Source of the DNA: Tubiluchus corallicola
Taxonomy: Eukaryota > Animalia > Priapulida
NCBI GenBank assembly: GCA_030141605.1
Contig: JAQGDQ010000159.1
Coordinates: forward strand, 124,001-188,000
Direction: 5' to 3'
DNA length: 64,000 nucleotides
Of the stretch, positions 42,101 through 56,100 are shown piece by piece. The first letter of the stretch is position 1; the number at the start of each line of letters is the position of its first letter. A program made the translations under genes and the position numbers. The notes beneath the pieces are model-generated. The model worked only from the letters and a program-made list of their open reading frames with translations. It had not been told where the DNA came from and did not search any database.

Positions 42101-45100
42101 GATCAGTCAGGAAGCTGAAGACTTAAGACAAAAGCTAAGGCAGGTTTTTTTGCACCTTATTCGCAGTCAGTAGTGCCCACTGTTGTTACCAATGTACACA
42201 TGTAGATGTACTGTGTTCTCACTGACAGCAAGCTGTTTTCAGATTTTCTTACTCTTTTCTGTACAACATTTAAACTTTTTTACGTTCTTTTAATTTATTG
42301 TTATTGATCATGGAAGCAAAAGTGTCTTAAAATGGAGGCAGCTGCAACACTAAAGCCACTCATACTGATAACAGATGTAATTATACTATGAAAAACGTAA
42401 TTAGGTATCAATAAACCAATATCAAATTATTTTTACTGAGAATTTTCCATTTATGCACAGTTACCTATTTTGTACTAATGGTGCCAGTAATGGCTAACTT
42501 GAGAAACAGAATGCATTATGCAATTGTGTTTCTAACTTCTTTGTTTTTATCCATTGATTGAATATTGCATCTGTTAGCTGGTATTACAGTATTCTCCAGG
42601 TCTTACAAAAATTTACATTTTGACAATTTAATACCTTTTATTTTACTTGTTAGGTCTAGCCAGCAAGAACTTTATGATTCACAGAGAGATAATCAGCAAC
42701 TTCTGCAGAAGCAGCAGATGGTGGAGAATGAATTAACTAGTGAACGTGCTCAGTGTTCCAGCTTGCGATCTACTGTAGTACAACTTACCGCTACACAAGC
42801 TGGCTTAACCACAGAACTGGAAGCTACAAAGGTAACTAGTGATAGCTAGTAATGCCTGTCACATTGTCATCTTTTTAACTTGCACAATGATCAAATATGA
42901 AGGAGAGATGATTTGATGTCAGGTTTCTTATTGCCACTGATAAGGATAGTCATCTACTGCTGAAATGGGTTTTGAAATTTCATTGTATTATTTTATTGTA
43001 GTTATATGCTGTTTACGTATGCATTGCAGACTCCTTTGGATTATCGGTCTAGTAATTTATGATGGGTTAGCATTAGAATTACATTTTGGTCTGATCATGT
43101 TCATATCATGTGAGTGCAGAGTGGTTGCAATTATCTTTGAATTGAACATGTTGGTACATCATGACTATAAAAATTTTGTAATAAGCTAGAGCTTCATTAA
43201 TTTGCATATTGTGTGACAATGAGTGACATGTTGATCCGATGAGCAAAAACAAATTTATTTCAATAACTGTATAGAATAGACTCAGTTTGTAGCTTGTCTG
43301 CAATAAAAAGTTTTATGTCATTTTCTTGCTTCTGCTAATAGAATAATAACAATCACTTAAGATTTCATAAAAGCGACTGCTTGATGTTAGCTTTGTATTA
43401 TTATCGTTCCTTGTGCAGTTTAATCTGGAGCAGACGATAAAGAAATGTCAGCAGCAAGAGCGACACATAAAAGAGCTAGATCAGTTACTCGAGGAATTCA
43501 AGCTCACCATCCAAAATTGTGAGAGCAAAATCCGGGAAGACGAGCAAACACGAAGACGACTACACAATACAATTCAGGAACTCAAGGTAACATTTCTTTG
43601 TGGCCAACTGTTTCATTATTAGGTTTAAGGCTACAATAGTCATCTTGTTTATTCTTAATGATATGAGGATACTTAGAAAAGAATGTGGACGGATTGCCTA
43701 CAACAAAATTATCAATTGACTGTGCAATTTTTAGTACTTCAGTGTGTTCTTAAATTTTCATAGTACTTTCTAAATGTTACAAGATTTTGCATTCTGCTTT
43801 GACCATCAGTACAGATGAATATCTGGTCACTTTTCTGGCATTTTAATTATCATGCATAGTTTTTCAATCTGGTGTTCTTGACACCAGTTTAGTCATTTTA
43901 TTTATGTAAAAATAAGTACTTATAAACAAATCATTTGCCATTTTTGCATTTTGCCATGCAGGAATCTTAGTCTTAATAAAAACAAAATCACAAAAAAGTG
44001 ATAAACAAGCCTACTGACATTTGTTAGAAATTGTGCAGGAGACGTTTCAAACATCCTCAATCCAGAATAAAACAGACAGTTGTCCACATAATTATTTCAC
44101 AGAAATCAAGAATGTCCTCTGCAATGCTATTATTGTGATAACAAAGCAAAGAGATTAAATTTACATAATTTTGCAAAGGATGTTCGTGAAATAATGATGT
44201 GGATTTAATGTGCCTGTTTTGTTTTGGATTGAGACTGACCATTGGGGTTGGTTAAAACGTTTCTTAAAAAAATGCCAGTAGGCGTGTTTATCACATTATT
44301 GCTGATTTTGTTTTTGTTAAAAATGATAGTCTGTTGGAAAATTATAAAATACAAGTTGGTGTTTTAGTTTTGCTTGTGCTCTCTCATGTAAGGAGTAATA
44401 TTTTTTTACCATTCAAAGAAACAAAAAAGCAGTGATAGTAAAGTTTAGCCAGTGATACCTGCTAGGTGTCTGTTGTGAGGTTGCTATGTTATATTAAATT
44501 GCTATTTAAATTTTGATTTGGGAGTTTCTGGTAAATAGTGTTTGATGAATTTTAACTATTTTTAGATATAAGCATTTTTTCAGCAATGATAGTTTCAAAA
44601 TTACAAAATTTAGACAAAATTGTTAAAGCTCATTTCAGGCATAATGATTTCGACTCATGTTGTCTAGGGTAACATCAGAGTGTACTGTCGAGTTCGACCA
44701 TTGTTGCCAGCAGAAGCCGGATCTGGTGGTGGGGTCATTCATCACATAAATTTCTTTGAGGATGATACACAAAAACTCGAATTAGAAAAGTTGTCTGATG
44801 GAAATCCAAATGAGGTACAATACTAGTGTTGACTTGCAGTAATAGAATGTTTATTTCAGTTTTCTCAGCAAACTCATTCTTGGACTTTTGATAACTGTCA
44901 TTTAGTCCTTTAATTTTTATACCCTTTGCTTATGTTCTAGCCTTTGTTTCCCAGTATGATTTGTTCAAAAGTGGTCATATGTCACTGGCAAAATGTAACA
45001 ATAAGGATATTTGGAGCATAAGTCAGCCTTGGTGTTGCTTTTTGCTAAAAAATAATGTAGTTCATCCTTGATCCTGTAAGTTGTTTGATAATTTTATTTG

Positions 45101-48100
45101 TAGAGTACTCTTAGCAGCCGAGGAGGTGCTTCAAAGTTTGACTTTGAATTTGATCGTGTATTTAAACCTGTTGCTACTCAGAGTGAAGTTTTTGAAGAAA
45201 TATCACAACTGGTACAGGTAAGCCTTCATTAAAATACAGGAAACAAGTTTTTTATATTTTACTATAATAAACAATAAAAGTAAGGAAAAGTTCCAATTTT
45301 ATAATTGCAAAGAAGACAAAAGGTGGAGTATTTAGGAAATATAGTAACAATAATACTTTGGTACATATACTTATTATAACTTGAAAGTCAGTTTTGAATT
45401 GGTCTGTTTTGTGCTATAGTCTGCACTGGATGGATACAATGTGTGCATATTTGCGTACGGTCAGACGGGATCAGGTAAAACATTCACAATGGAAGGGCCC
45501 GACAAATCAGATGACGATACTGTTGGCATGATCCCAAGAGCCGTCATGCAGATATTCAGAGAGGGTAGAGGACTTGAGACGCAAGGCTGGAAGGTAAAGT
45601 TTGATTGGTTTCGTAAATTTTGTTTATTTTATGACTTCTGTGTTCAAGTAGTTGCAGGTTTGTTAAACAGCCTTCATACAGTTTGGTGCAAAAACATTCA
45701 GACTTTTGAATGACGAGACATGAACCCCGCATATTTCTTTGCAAAGTCTTTTTTGTGGTTTTATTATTATATTCACTATTATATTGTAGTGACACAATTA
45801 GTTAGATAATAGCAGTTTAGCATTATATTTTTTAATTGCAGCACTATTTTGATTAGAACGTAGAAAATAGAAGAAAAATTTGGAAAAGTTTTTGCTTAGA
45901 ATTGTGCTTGCTCTTTATATTCAGGGTAGTGGTGAAATTTAATTGACATCTTCACATAAATGTTTTTATTGAATGACCTTGTGTATTCTGTTGTTATAGT
46001 ACAAGATGGAAGCTTCTTTCTTGGAAATTTATAATGAAACAGTTCGGGATTTGTTATGTCAGACTGACAAGAAACTAGATATCAAGAAAATAAGAGGAGC
46101 TGAAGATGTGGATGTTGCTGACCTCACAGTTGTTAATGTAACTTCAGAAGATCGGGTATGCCTGTTTGTCAAGTATATTTTCAAGAGCATCACCTATCTG
46201 ACCAACTAAGCGTCTGTTGTCCCAACAGTGACATCTTAATGTTTTTTTTAGTTTTTGCATGAACTGTAAATATTACTATGTTCAGAATTTCACTTTCTGA
46301 AACACTATTTTGTTTGAAACCTAATGTCTGCAATGAGTGATTGTGTATGATTCATCTCACATGCACTGCAAAAATAGTCCAACAAGTGATTAAGCAGCTG
46401 CAAAACATTTGCAATATACTAGTTGTGTACATTACGATCATTTATCTGAAAACTCACTTGCCCATATTGCAAGACATCTTTGCTTTTTTCATGTTTTCAG
46501 ATGTGCTTTACAATTTTGCATGCAGAATTAAAATTACTGCTAAGTACATAATACATAGTGATGGGCGATCTTAATAGAATCCAATTACATCCACCTGTTA
46601 ATCGATATAATTGGCGACTGAACAGTAATTCAGTTAATCGAGAGCAAAGTATACGTGTTACACATCGACTAAAAGGCAGTATTTTAGAACAAATGAACAT
46701 AATTTAGCCTTTTTCTTCACTTTTCTCACCTTACACAATGCACAAAATTATGAACCACAATGTTGTAAACTGGGGACTTCAAATTTGTTGGCAAGTGAAC
46801 GTAATCATAAAGTAGTTAATGAATGCACGTGCCTGTAAAAATAGTTTGCGAGTATGAAAATGGCAGGCAGCGACGAAAGAAGTGAAGAAATTTATAGGCT
46901 ATACTTCGTTGCAATCTGTGAAAAATATGGCTAATACACTAAAAAAAATTTCTTCAAAAAAATTAATTGTGATATCGAATTACAAGAACAAGATTATAAT
47001 TGAATTACAAAATTTCAAAGTTACCCATCACTGATAGTACATGTAGACGTCATATGTTTTAAGTCCAATTAGTTTTGTTAAGTAAAAGTTTAAAATATGA
47101 ACAATTATTTTGCTGAAAAATTTACTTGTGTATAAATCAGCATTCTTCTGAAGATTTGCTTCAGTACAGAAACCTAGTTAAATTAAAATTAAAATTCTAA
47201 AACAATTTAAATTACATTAAGTAGAAGTGGCAATAAACGCATAATTAAGAGTCCTAGTTGTTATACATATTGCTGAATAGCTGTAAAGAAAAAGATACCT
47301 TAAAATTTAAGATCGCACAAATACAAACAAAATTACGAGAAAGTTCTAAATAATTTAGACTGTATGGAGGAATGTGCATTTATTTTTTCAACATCTCCAT
47401 GTTGCGGCTCGCCAGGCCTGAAGCAGTGGGTGCTGAGTTCATAGGCACTGCATTTATGGCCATTATGAAACATCAAACAGACATGTTCGTCCATTGTAGT
47501 GATTACAGTTTTATGAAGCTTCTTCTGGTTTTCATAATGGTTTTTAATATAGTTAATAGAATATGTCATTTCACAATTCAGTTTCATTTGTATTTGCTTG
47601 CGTATCTAGTTTAATCTGTAGCCAAGCATAGAAGAGAATGATTAAAATGTAATTTTAAGTGTGTTTAGGACCATCATGTATTGTTGTCGGGCTGGGTGCA
47701 TTTACAAAGTCACTGCCAGAACATGTGGAACATGTTGCACTGTATTTTTACACAGAGTTAAAAGCATTGTTTTTGTAAAGATAAAAAAATTTACGTTTCT
47801 TGCATCTTATCAAAATAATCTTACTGCACATTAATACTGACTTTGTTGGTGTTTGATTGTCTGCATACATACATATTATTTTTTATTTAGATGGATTCTT
47901 ATACCTTCTACTTGCATATTATAATGTCTGTTGGCACTATATTATGTTTATTTTACAAACCAGGTGTACAAGCTTTTAAAGACCGCATCAGAAAACCGAG
48001 CAGTTGCTACCACAAAATGCAATGATAGGTCATCAAGAAGCCATAGTGTTTTCAGAATGAAACTGTCAGGTGCTAACAACATTACAGGAGAGACCTGTAA

Positions 48101-51063
48101 AGGTATTTACATCTTCTGTGAGGTTACTTGATTTCTTCTAGTTGGTTAGTAGTCAAGTTTTTCTGTTTTGTTTCATCGTCTGAAATACAATTGCTTTAAA
48201 TAGGCACATTGAACTTGGTGGATTTAGCAGGATCAGAAAGGATTAAAGAAAGTGGCTCATCTGGTCAAAGACTTGAAGAAGCGAAGAGCATTAATAAAAG
48301 TTTGAGTACATTGGGACAAGTTATACTAGCCTTGGCTAATAAGGTTTGAATATTTTGTTTTGCATTTAATATGAACACGTGTTATTGGTCCTAAATGTAC
48401 TTACATTGTTCTCGAAATAATTCTTAGCCTCCTTGAGACCTTTGCCAAATGATTGTTTTGCATCTTATTTTTCAACACAATTATTTCTTTACACTTATTC
48501 CAAAGTTAGTTAAACATTGCCATTTCTGCCTGGCAGCACTTTTGTGAAGAGTAAATAATTGCATATTTTGTGTGAAAAAAGTATCAACAATTCTCATGTG
48601 ATGATCTCATGTCACCAAGCAGACACTAACTGTTTTTTTAGCTATAAGTAGTTGTCAGATACATAAATTTTCATGAAAGCTATGTCATTCAGATAAGGGC
48701 ACGAGGAACCACTAGAACTAATTTTAAGCATTTTAGTTGTAGTATGCTAGGTTTTCCTGAAGCAGCAACAATAATCACAGTATGGAATTTCCCTTGATCA
48801 ATGCTAAAGTTAGATCATGTATTTGAAAGGAATACTTAGACTCTGGGTGAGGTTTTTGCCTACTTCTTGTATGTACCACTGTTGCAAAAGGACTAAATTT
48901 ATAAGAAAAAGATAATGTTTTAAAAAATCTAAAAAAATTACAAAGTCGCATACTAGTTTTTGGTTATTTGGTTCTGTTGCAAGCATTTTTTTGTTTTATC
49001 ACTCTAATGCTGAAAAAGTTTCATATACTTTGAACTGTTTTGCAGGATAGTCATGTTCCCTATCGGAATAGTAAGCTGACCTATTTGTTGCAAAATTCTC
49101 TGGGAGGTAACTCAAAAACACTGATGTTTGTAAATGTCTCACCTAGAGAAGAACATTTCAGCGAAACTCTGAATTCTCTTCGGTTTGCAAAACAAGTAAG
49201 TTCACAGTAAGATTTCATTATCTTTAAGTTGGCAATCATTTCTTCGAAAGCCTTACAAGAAAGCATAACATAGCATTACATTAAGTGGTACTTCAATATT
49301 GATATTGGCAAAACGCGTCGTATGTTATATTCGTTTTGTTCTGGTTGCTTATACATGTATAAAAATTCTTATCCTTTGTGAAGTGAGAATTTGAGGTTTG
49401 ATAGAAAACTACAAGGAATTGGGTCCATGGCAGAGCCTTTTTTCTACTGACAAGAAAGTCTTATTTGAGACAAACCCTTGGTACCAAATTTGTGCATTCT
49501 GATAATTTGAGAGCCAAAAAAGAAGTCATTTTGACTTGATTAGATGCACAAATTTAACACAGTTCATATTAGACTGGTGATGTATGCATTTTTTACTTAA
49601 AGGAAAAATTAGCCCTTGAATAACATTCATTGTATTTTAATATACATTTAAAAATATTGAAACTACCAGGCAATATAAATGCTTAAAATACCTTGCTTAA
49701 AAATGCAAAAGAAATTTAAATCGTTAGTATCTCCCACCAAACAAAGCTTGCTGGGGGTGTATTTGAAAAAATAACACAAGCTGGTAGACTGCACGAATGC
49801 ACTTTTGCAGTTAAATATGGAATTTCACTATTCTAGCTGACTAAGCCTTTGTGTTTAACTGTGTTTATGTGAAAATTAGTCATCGGACCAATAATTTTAA
49901 AGTGCTTACATAGCTTTAATCTTTAGGATTATATCTCAAAATATGTAAGTACTGCACACTATACTTACAGATAAGCATGAGATTCTGTGAGGCATACAGA
50001 AGGTGCCAGGTGGATTACTTAGCTTATAACTGTCAGTTTTAGCTTGTTAGCATAATTATTCCGTTACTTTGTCGGCATTAACTAGCTGTGTTAGATTTTA
50101 TCATATTATCGTCTGTATAAGAATAATTTATGTGTTTGCCTTCCAAATAAATACAGAAAGCTATATACAGTGTAACGATATTCAACAATATTTAAAGAAG
50201 TGTGGGATGGCGAAAGACCAAAATGGTCATCTAGTCTGCCATCTCTACATAGTGAAACTACCAGTCTTTGTATGGCAAGCGGTAACTGGTTTTCATTGCA
50301 TAGTGGGTAACTGGATTGATCAAAAAGCAAAAAATAGTATTAATAATCTCTGGATGATGCCATTTTTTGTTCAAAATAAGCGCGCCCAAGCGTGAAGTGA
50401 TAGTGATTTTAAATAATTTTTACTAATTACACAATACATTTATCACGATTTTATTGCTGAGTCTTTCTAACATTTTTCTCAAATATTAAAATAAGCTCAA
50501 CTCCCTGAGACCCTTGGCTTTTGCTTTAATACTATCTCTAGTTGATATTGGTTTTATAAGCATTTTATTTTTTGCTGCACAAACAATGTCAACTGTTAAG
50601 AAAGAAAATTATTGTATTTACCTGTGAGTCCAGTGTTTGCCCCTAAATTATTTAGTTTGTAACTCGTGTCTCCCCATACTTGTTACTTGTGCTGTCTATT
50701 TCTTGCTAAAATTGTCAAACATTTGAAGCCTAAAACTTACTCTGATTTTCTTGACTGAAATTTACAGTGATGATCATCTGGTGAAGTACTAAGATCACTA
50801 TTTCTTGTAGTACTGTTGTTTCCCAAACGACAGATGTGCTCTTTAGACCCTGTAAAATGGCTTTTAAGTTGAGTTTTTAGGCGAGGCACCTGTGGTACTG
50901 CACCATTCCTTTAGATGACTTAGTTTTGCATATATTGATGTACCTATATTGGTGTGACATGTTGAAAGTTCTTTGCCTGTGCTGCTGTATTATGCATAAA
51001 GAAATACTTAATTTTCTTTAGGTGAATAACTGCAACATCGGAACAGCAAGACAGAAAAGATAG
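39163..51063 (+). CDS. KIFC1: Kinesin-14 C-terminal motor protein (KIFC1/HSET/Ncd/XCTK2-like); complete, 15 coding exons, 662 aa
   Basis: Exons 39163-39273, 39885-40041, 40360-40443, 40829-40941, 42024-42139, 42654-42831, 43419-43586, 44668-44814, 45104-45217, 45420-45593, 46000-46155, 47964-48102, 48204-48343, 49046-49195, 51022-51063; total 1989 nt in frame. Motifs: basic tail with KRPAWDTKG, coiled coil, neck [24 protein letters not shown]-loop [10 protein letters not shown], switch I NDRSSRSH, switch [19 protein letters not shown]. Confidence 0.95.
46556..47033. mobile_element. hAT-type MITE (478 bp) in a KIFC1 intron
   Basis: TIR TAGTGATGGG / CCCATCACTG. 8-bp TSD ATAATACA / ATAGTACA (7 of 8). 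Subterminal AATTAC and AATCGA repeats. Confidence 0.8.
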
Positions 51064-52459
51064 AAATGCTGTCTAACGCTAATAAATAGTACAACCACGT
51101 GTTGTAAGTTGTAACTACAGTGGCGTGACGTATATGCAACCTTTATTGTATTATCTGCTATGTATAATGCTTCGTGTTAATTTTATATTTACCTCTTGCA
51201 TTTTAGTTAAGTAGTGTATGTGATAAATATTTAAGTAGTAGTGGTTCTAAGTGCAAATTTTTGCGCAAAGATTGTTGTCAGTTTTTTGTGGCTGAACAGT
51301 AGTCAGTGGTCACTCATAATTTCATAAATTCTTGTCAGTGAAAGTTAAATTGTTCACAGGAAAGAAAGATCTTGTCTTCATTCATTTCTTTTCATTTTCT
51401 TTATTTCATTTTAGTTTTCACTGTGCATAGCCTAATGTTTGTATATTGAATGATTAAGGTTGGAGAGTTTATTCAAGGTAATGTACCATCAAATACTGTG
51501 TATGTAACAGTAGCTTTTCTGTAATTGCTGGCTTGGTGTTACTATCATTTGAGAAAAGCTTTTTTGAAGGAAAGATCTGTCGCAGGCCTAAAAAATAACT
51601 TAATGTACTGTAGCTTTAAGTCCACATGTACATAATTGCCTGAATTATAACTTTTTACTGTTAATTTGTCTAACTAGTTAAGAACAAACTTCAATGAACT
51701 GCATGTAGATTAATTTCTTAATAAACTTCAATTTTCTAAATGCACATTTTTGTGTCATGCTCTAATTTCAAAATTAATCTCAAGTTTTCTTGAATTTAAA
51801 ATGTTCATCTTTTAAAAATTGTTGTGCACCAATCAGGATAAAATTGAGGAGCACCACAAAAAATTAGGCCTTTTTTAGTACAATACATACACTATTTTGG
51901 CATGTCCAAAATCCATGTGTAGAATAATACAAACATGCTCGTTTGATTATTGTTTACCCACAAAATCGTATGTAAAGATAAAACTCACCGTGGCTGGCGA
52001 TTTGAAGGTTTCCTAATTGCACGAGAATTCAATCCAGATAAATGAAAATATTGTATTATAAAATCAATTGAGGTGAGTCTTTATGCAAATAGAAATTCGA
52101 ATTGTTTGGTGGTTAGAGTGCACGTTTTAAGAAACTGTTAGATTTTACGGCATTCTGGGCATCAGGCGTACAGCGGCATTACAATTTTTGAAACAAGCGT
52201 CATGGTAATACAGTACAGTCACGCCATATTTTGATAATACGCTGTATATTACGTCATCTATAATACCTTGAGAACTTGATATTTATATGTATTATGTTAC
52301 CCTCACAGTGAAAAAAATCTCTGTGGCGGCTTGGAATTTGTTTTGGTTTTCAAATTTCGAATGTAATTATCTTATAATGCACTGCCACGAGCTCCTATCA
52401 GTCTGCTAAGCCTAAGATAATTTTCAGTCATTACCATATGCACTGCAGCTGGAAAGTAG

Positions 52460-52590
52460 CAGCGATTGGCTGTGCAGGGTGGAAAAATTGGCATACCATT
52501 TTCACGTGCCTAGAGCGTGTCAGCTGATTTGTAAGCAACTGCGCATGCGCGACGCTTTCTTCACAAAGAGCTCGTCTGAACGGAAATTCA
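52460..52590 (+). promoter_or_regulatory. Putative BCKDK promoter with an NRF1-type palindrome
   Basis: TGCGCATGCGCG at 52540-52551 fits the NRF1 consensus YGCGCAYGCGCR, typical of nuclear-encoded mitochondrial genes. Also E-box CACGTG (52503), reverse CCAAT (GATTGG, about 52464) and local CpG enrichment. Confidence 0.55.
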
Positions 52591-52848
52591 CGTAACGTAC
52601 AGCAGTAGTTTGTTTTTCACTGTGTTAAGTAATCGTTGAATGTTGATAAAAGGTGCTTTACAAAATATGCATTTATGTGGAGTCTTTCTAGACTGGTTAT
52701 TGAAAGGACACATATCAAAGCGATCACCAGTAACTGATCAGTATTCTAATCGAAATTGGGATCGGTGGAGGTAATCTTGGTGAGAAGCCTAATGAAGAAG
52801 GGGGTGGAATCTACCATATTATTTAAAACTAAATGTAAATAAAACAAC

Positions 52849-53075
52849 ATGAATAGCGCAACGCAAACAGCAAAGAAGTTTCTCTCGAATCCTGCTTTAT
52901 CCGTCAACCAAATTGTTCAACATGTACAAAATGATATTGTAAATCAACTCAGAAATTTCACTGTTATCACGCAAGAGGACCCGAAAATTCGCCCCGTTTC
53001 TAGTTTCTACAACCACACTGCAATTGATGTCGCGGCTTCAAAGGTGAGATTACAATTAAATAATATTTGCGCTAA

Positions 53076-53153
<78 letters not shown>

Positions 53154-56100
53154 AACCGTGGTAGTCTTTTAAAATTAATTTAAGTTGCCCACTGGTCAAT
53201 TATCTACAATTACACTCGAGTGTTATATACTTGCCTTAATATTTGTATGTAATCATAATCATAGTGCAGCGTTGCAATTTTTTTTATTAGTTGATAGTGA
53301 AGCACGAATCAGTTTTTGTTATCTAGGTTAACTACTGTAAAACGGTGATTTTATTTGAGTGTTTTTCGGCAAACAGAATTTACAAAATCATCGCTTGTCA
53401 TACTGGTGATTCATAAAATTACTCGGCTTTTTTATGTTTGTAGCCGTCAGTACGCTTGACACCTTCGGCAATGCTTTATGCTGGCAAGACTCAGGATGGC
53501 AGTCATCTTTTGGTAAGAACATGGCTAGAGTATATGTTTGGTGTACACAACTAGTTTTACTAATCACCCAGAGTGCTAGTTTTTTACTTATATGATTTAG
53601 GTGGAATAAGATGTTTATTGTGTATTTGCTTGACGATTCTTAGATCAAGTTAATAGCGAGGTTGTAAAATCACCATTTGAATGTAAAGAGGTCTAAATTT
53701 TGATCAACTGTTATACTGTATATGGACAGTATAAATTCATTAATAGCTTAGTATTATCTATTGGTTAATTTGTTACTTGTGGTTAGGCTTTATTTGAATT
53801 TGGAGTCCTTATATGTGTGTCTTACATTGGTTACTAATCACTAAATAATATATATATATATAAAGCTTTCATTGAATCTTCCCTGTTTACCTGTCTGACA
53901 GGTTTGGCAGGCATAAGTCACCCAACTATAACGAGGAACATAATTGTACATTATCATGTTCATTTTTAGTCCTCTTTTGCTGAAAAAACAGAATTTTATG
54001 GCTGGGAGACAAAATGAAAATATATTGGGTATTTTAAACATGATTACAAGCTGAATTTGAATAACTGACAGTAGATTAATTAGATAGATGAAAATATGTG
54101 CACCAAAAATTTTAAATTTCTGTATAAAATTTAAAAATGCTTTGTGTGTATGCTGTGTAATTATTATTATTATTTTTTCTGTAACTTAGTATGTTATACT
54201 AATGCTGACATTAACAATATTGTTTGCCTAAGAAATTGCTAACTGTATACTATTATTTGTAATTGAGGCTGCACCTTAATGATCATAAGCTATATATAAA
54301 TTTATAATTTGTTATTGAAGCCAGAGGAAAAAATGTAAAGAAACATCCGAAAAACTGAAAAACAAGCTTCTATATACAAGCGTATTTTTTGTGCAGTTTT
54401 TAGACTGTATGTTAATTACAGTCAACATCATTAAGATTTATTGAGAACCGGTTGTTGTGCATCTTTGTTTCTTTATACCATAAGTGACCCTTAGTTTAGT
54501 AAATTGAATTTAAATTCTCTTGTTTCTTTGAGTTTAGCTTTGGTCTGTGTCTAATGGTTTTAATAGATTTAGCGTCTGCAGACTATCTGGGTTATTGACC
54601 TATTTGTGTTTGCCTCAGATTCACAGTCCAAGTGTTGCTAAGCAGAATCTCCCAGAAAAGGAAAAAAGCCAATAAATCTGGAATGGTATTTGCCTCTCCG
54701 TAGCTGTTCCGAGTTTATAAAACATAAAATGTTAGTAACTTAGCAGTGAGGTTTCTAAATATTGCGCTAATTTTTTGTTGTTTAGTAACTTGTTACCTCT
54801 GAACATTAACACTTAATTTAAAAAATCTGTCCGAATATTAGCACACGTTGCGCACGAAATTTCAACTTTCAACTGTAGATGCACTTAGTCAGTAAGCACA
54901 CGTGATTATTGCACGAAAAGCTCGATTTTTTTAGAAGTCTACTTCCTGGAATCACGTTTTAGCAAAATTTAGCATTTTCCAGAAAGATTAACTCTTGGCA
55001 ACTTTCATAACTTATTTCACCCATAGCGGGGTACTGGTATTAGAGTCATTAATCTGTTTAGAAGATGAAGGATGTAGTTAGTAATAACTGGGTCACATTA
55101 TGTAAATGAGCTGTGGATTTGTTTCACGTGCACGCGGCGGCGGTGCACGCGTGCTCCAGCTTTCTCTGATAGAGGTCAGTGATGTGGCGCGAGGTTATTT
55201 TCGTCTGCACTTTGTTGGTTCGGAATCCGAGTGAATCACCGGATCACTAAACGGTCGCCGTAGTTGAACTTTTGGTATGCTCCAAACCCTGACTGGAATT
55301 AACTTCTCTATTTGGTTCATCGTTTGTGCGACTGTGTTACAGTTATTTCTTTAATATATATAATTTTACTGCAATTTTTTAATGAACGCCGAGTTTTCTT
55401 AAACGTTTGCTGGGAATTGCTTCAAATGATACCGTCTGTTTTTTTCTGCGAGCCGACCAGAGTTACCAACTCTTTGTCTCCTCTAAAATAGATTTGAGAA
55501 CGTTAAGTTTGCAACTAAAGCATTATTGCATTATGATTAGGCCTTAATCCATATTTTTAGGAAAATAAGGTTTCAGTGTAAAATTAGGTAAACAATTGTG
55601 GTAACTGATGCCAAGCAACTAGCGGCGTTTCCCTCATGCTCCACACATTGGATTTGATTACATCTTCAGCTAGGCTTTTGAACTTTTTTCTTTATGTTGG
55701 AAAGATGGTTTTGTAAAAATAGCCAGCATAAGAAAAACCGGGAGCGAGCATTCAACTTTCCCAGGCCTCTGATATGTGAAAGTGGTTCATTGAACTTATG
55801 AAATAGACGTAGCTTCTTATGATGCGTCAGTGATGTGCAGTTGTGTAATGTAGTTTATAAAATTATTTAAACCTTTTTTGGCATTGTATTCTTGATTTTC
55901 TTGTATCCTTTTTTAATTCTTTGTTGTGGAAACCATTGTTTTAGGAAACATACTTACATGCACTGCTTACAAACAAAAACTCTTCACAGCATTGGATGTC
56001 TTGATAATGATATAACTGCACCCGGACTACTGCAAAGTTATTGCACTTATGTTTTTGTAACACTCTTGTTGTCAACTAAACTTGGTCATCTTTTCATTCT

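Noticed and set aside
50069-50395. 108-aa ORF in the last KIFC1 intron
   Set aside because: It has a non-ATG start and no motif, and the kinesin domain is complete without it.
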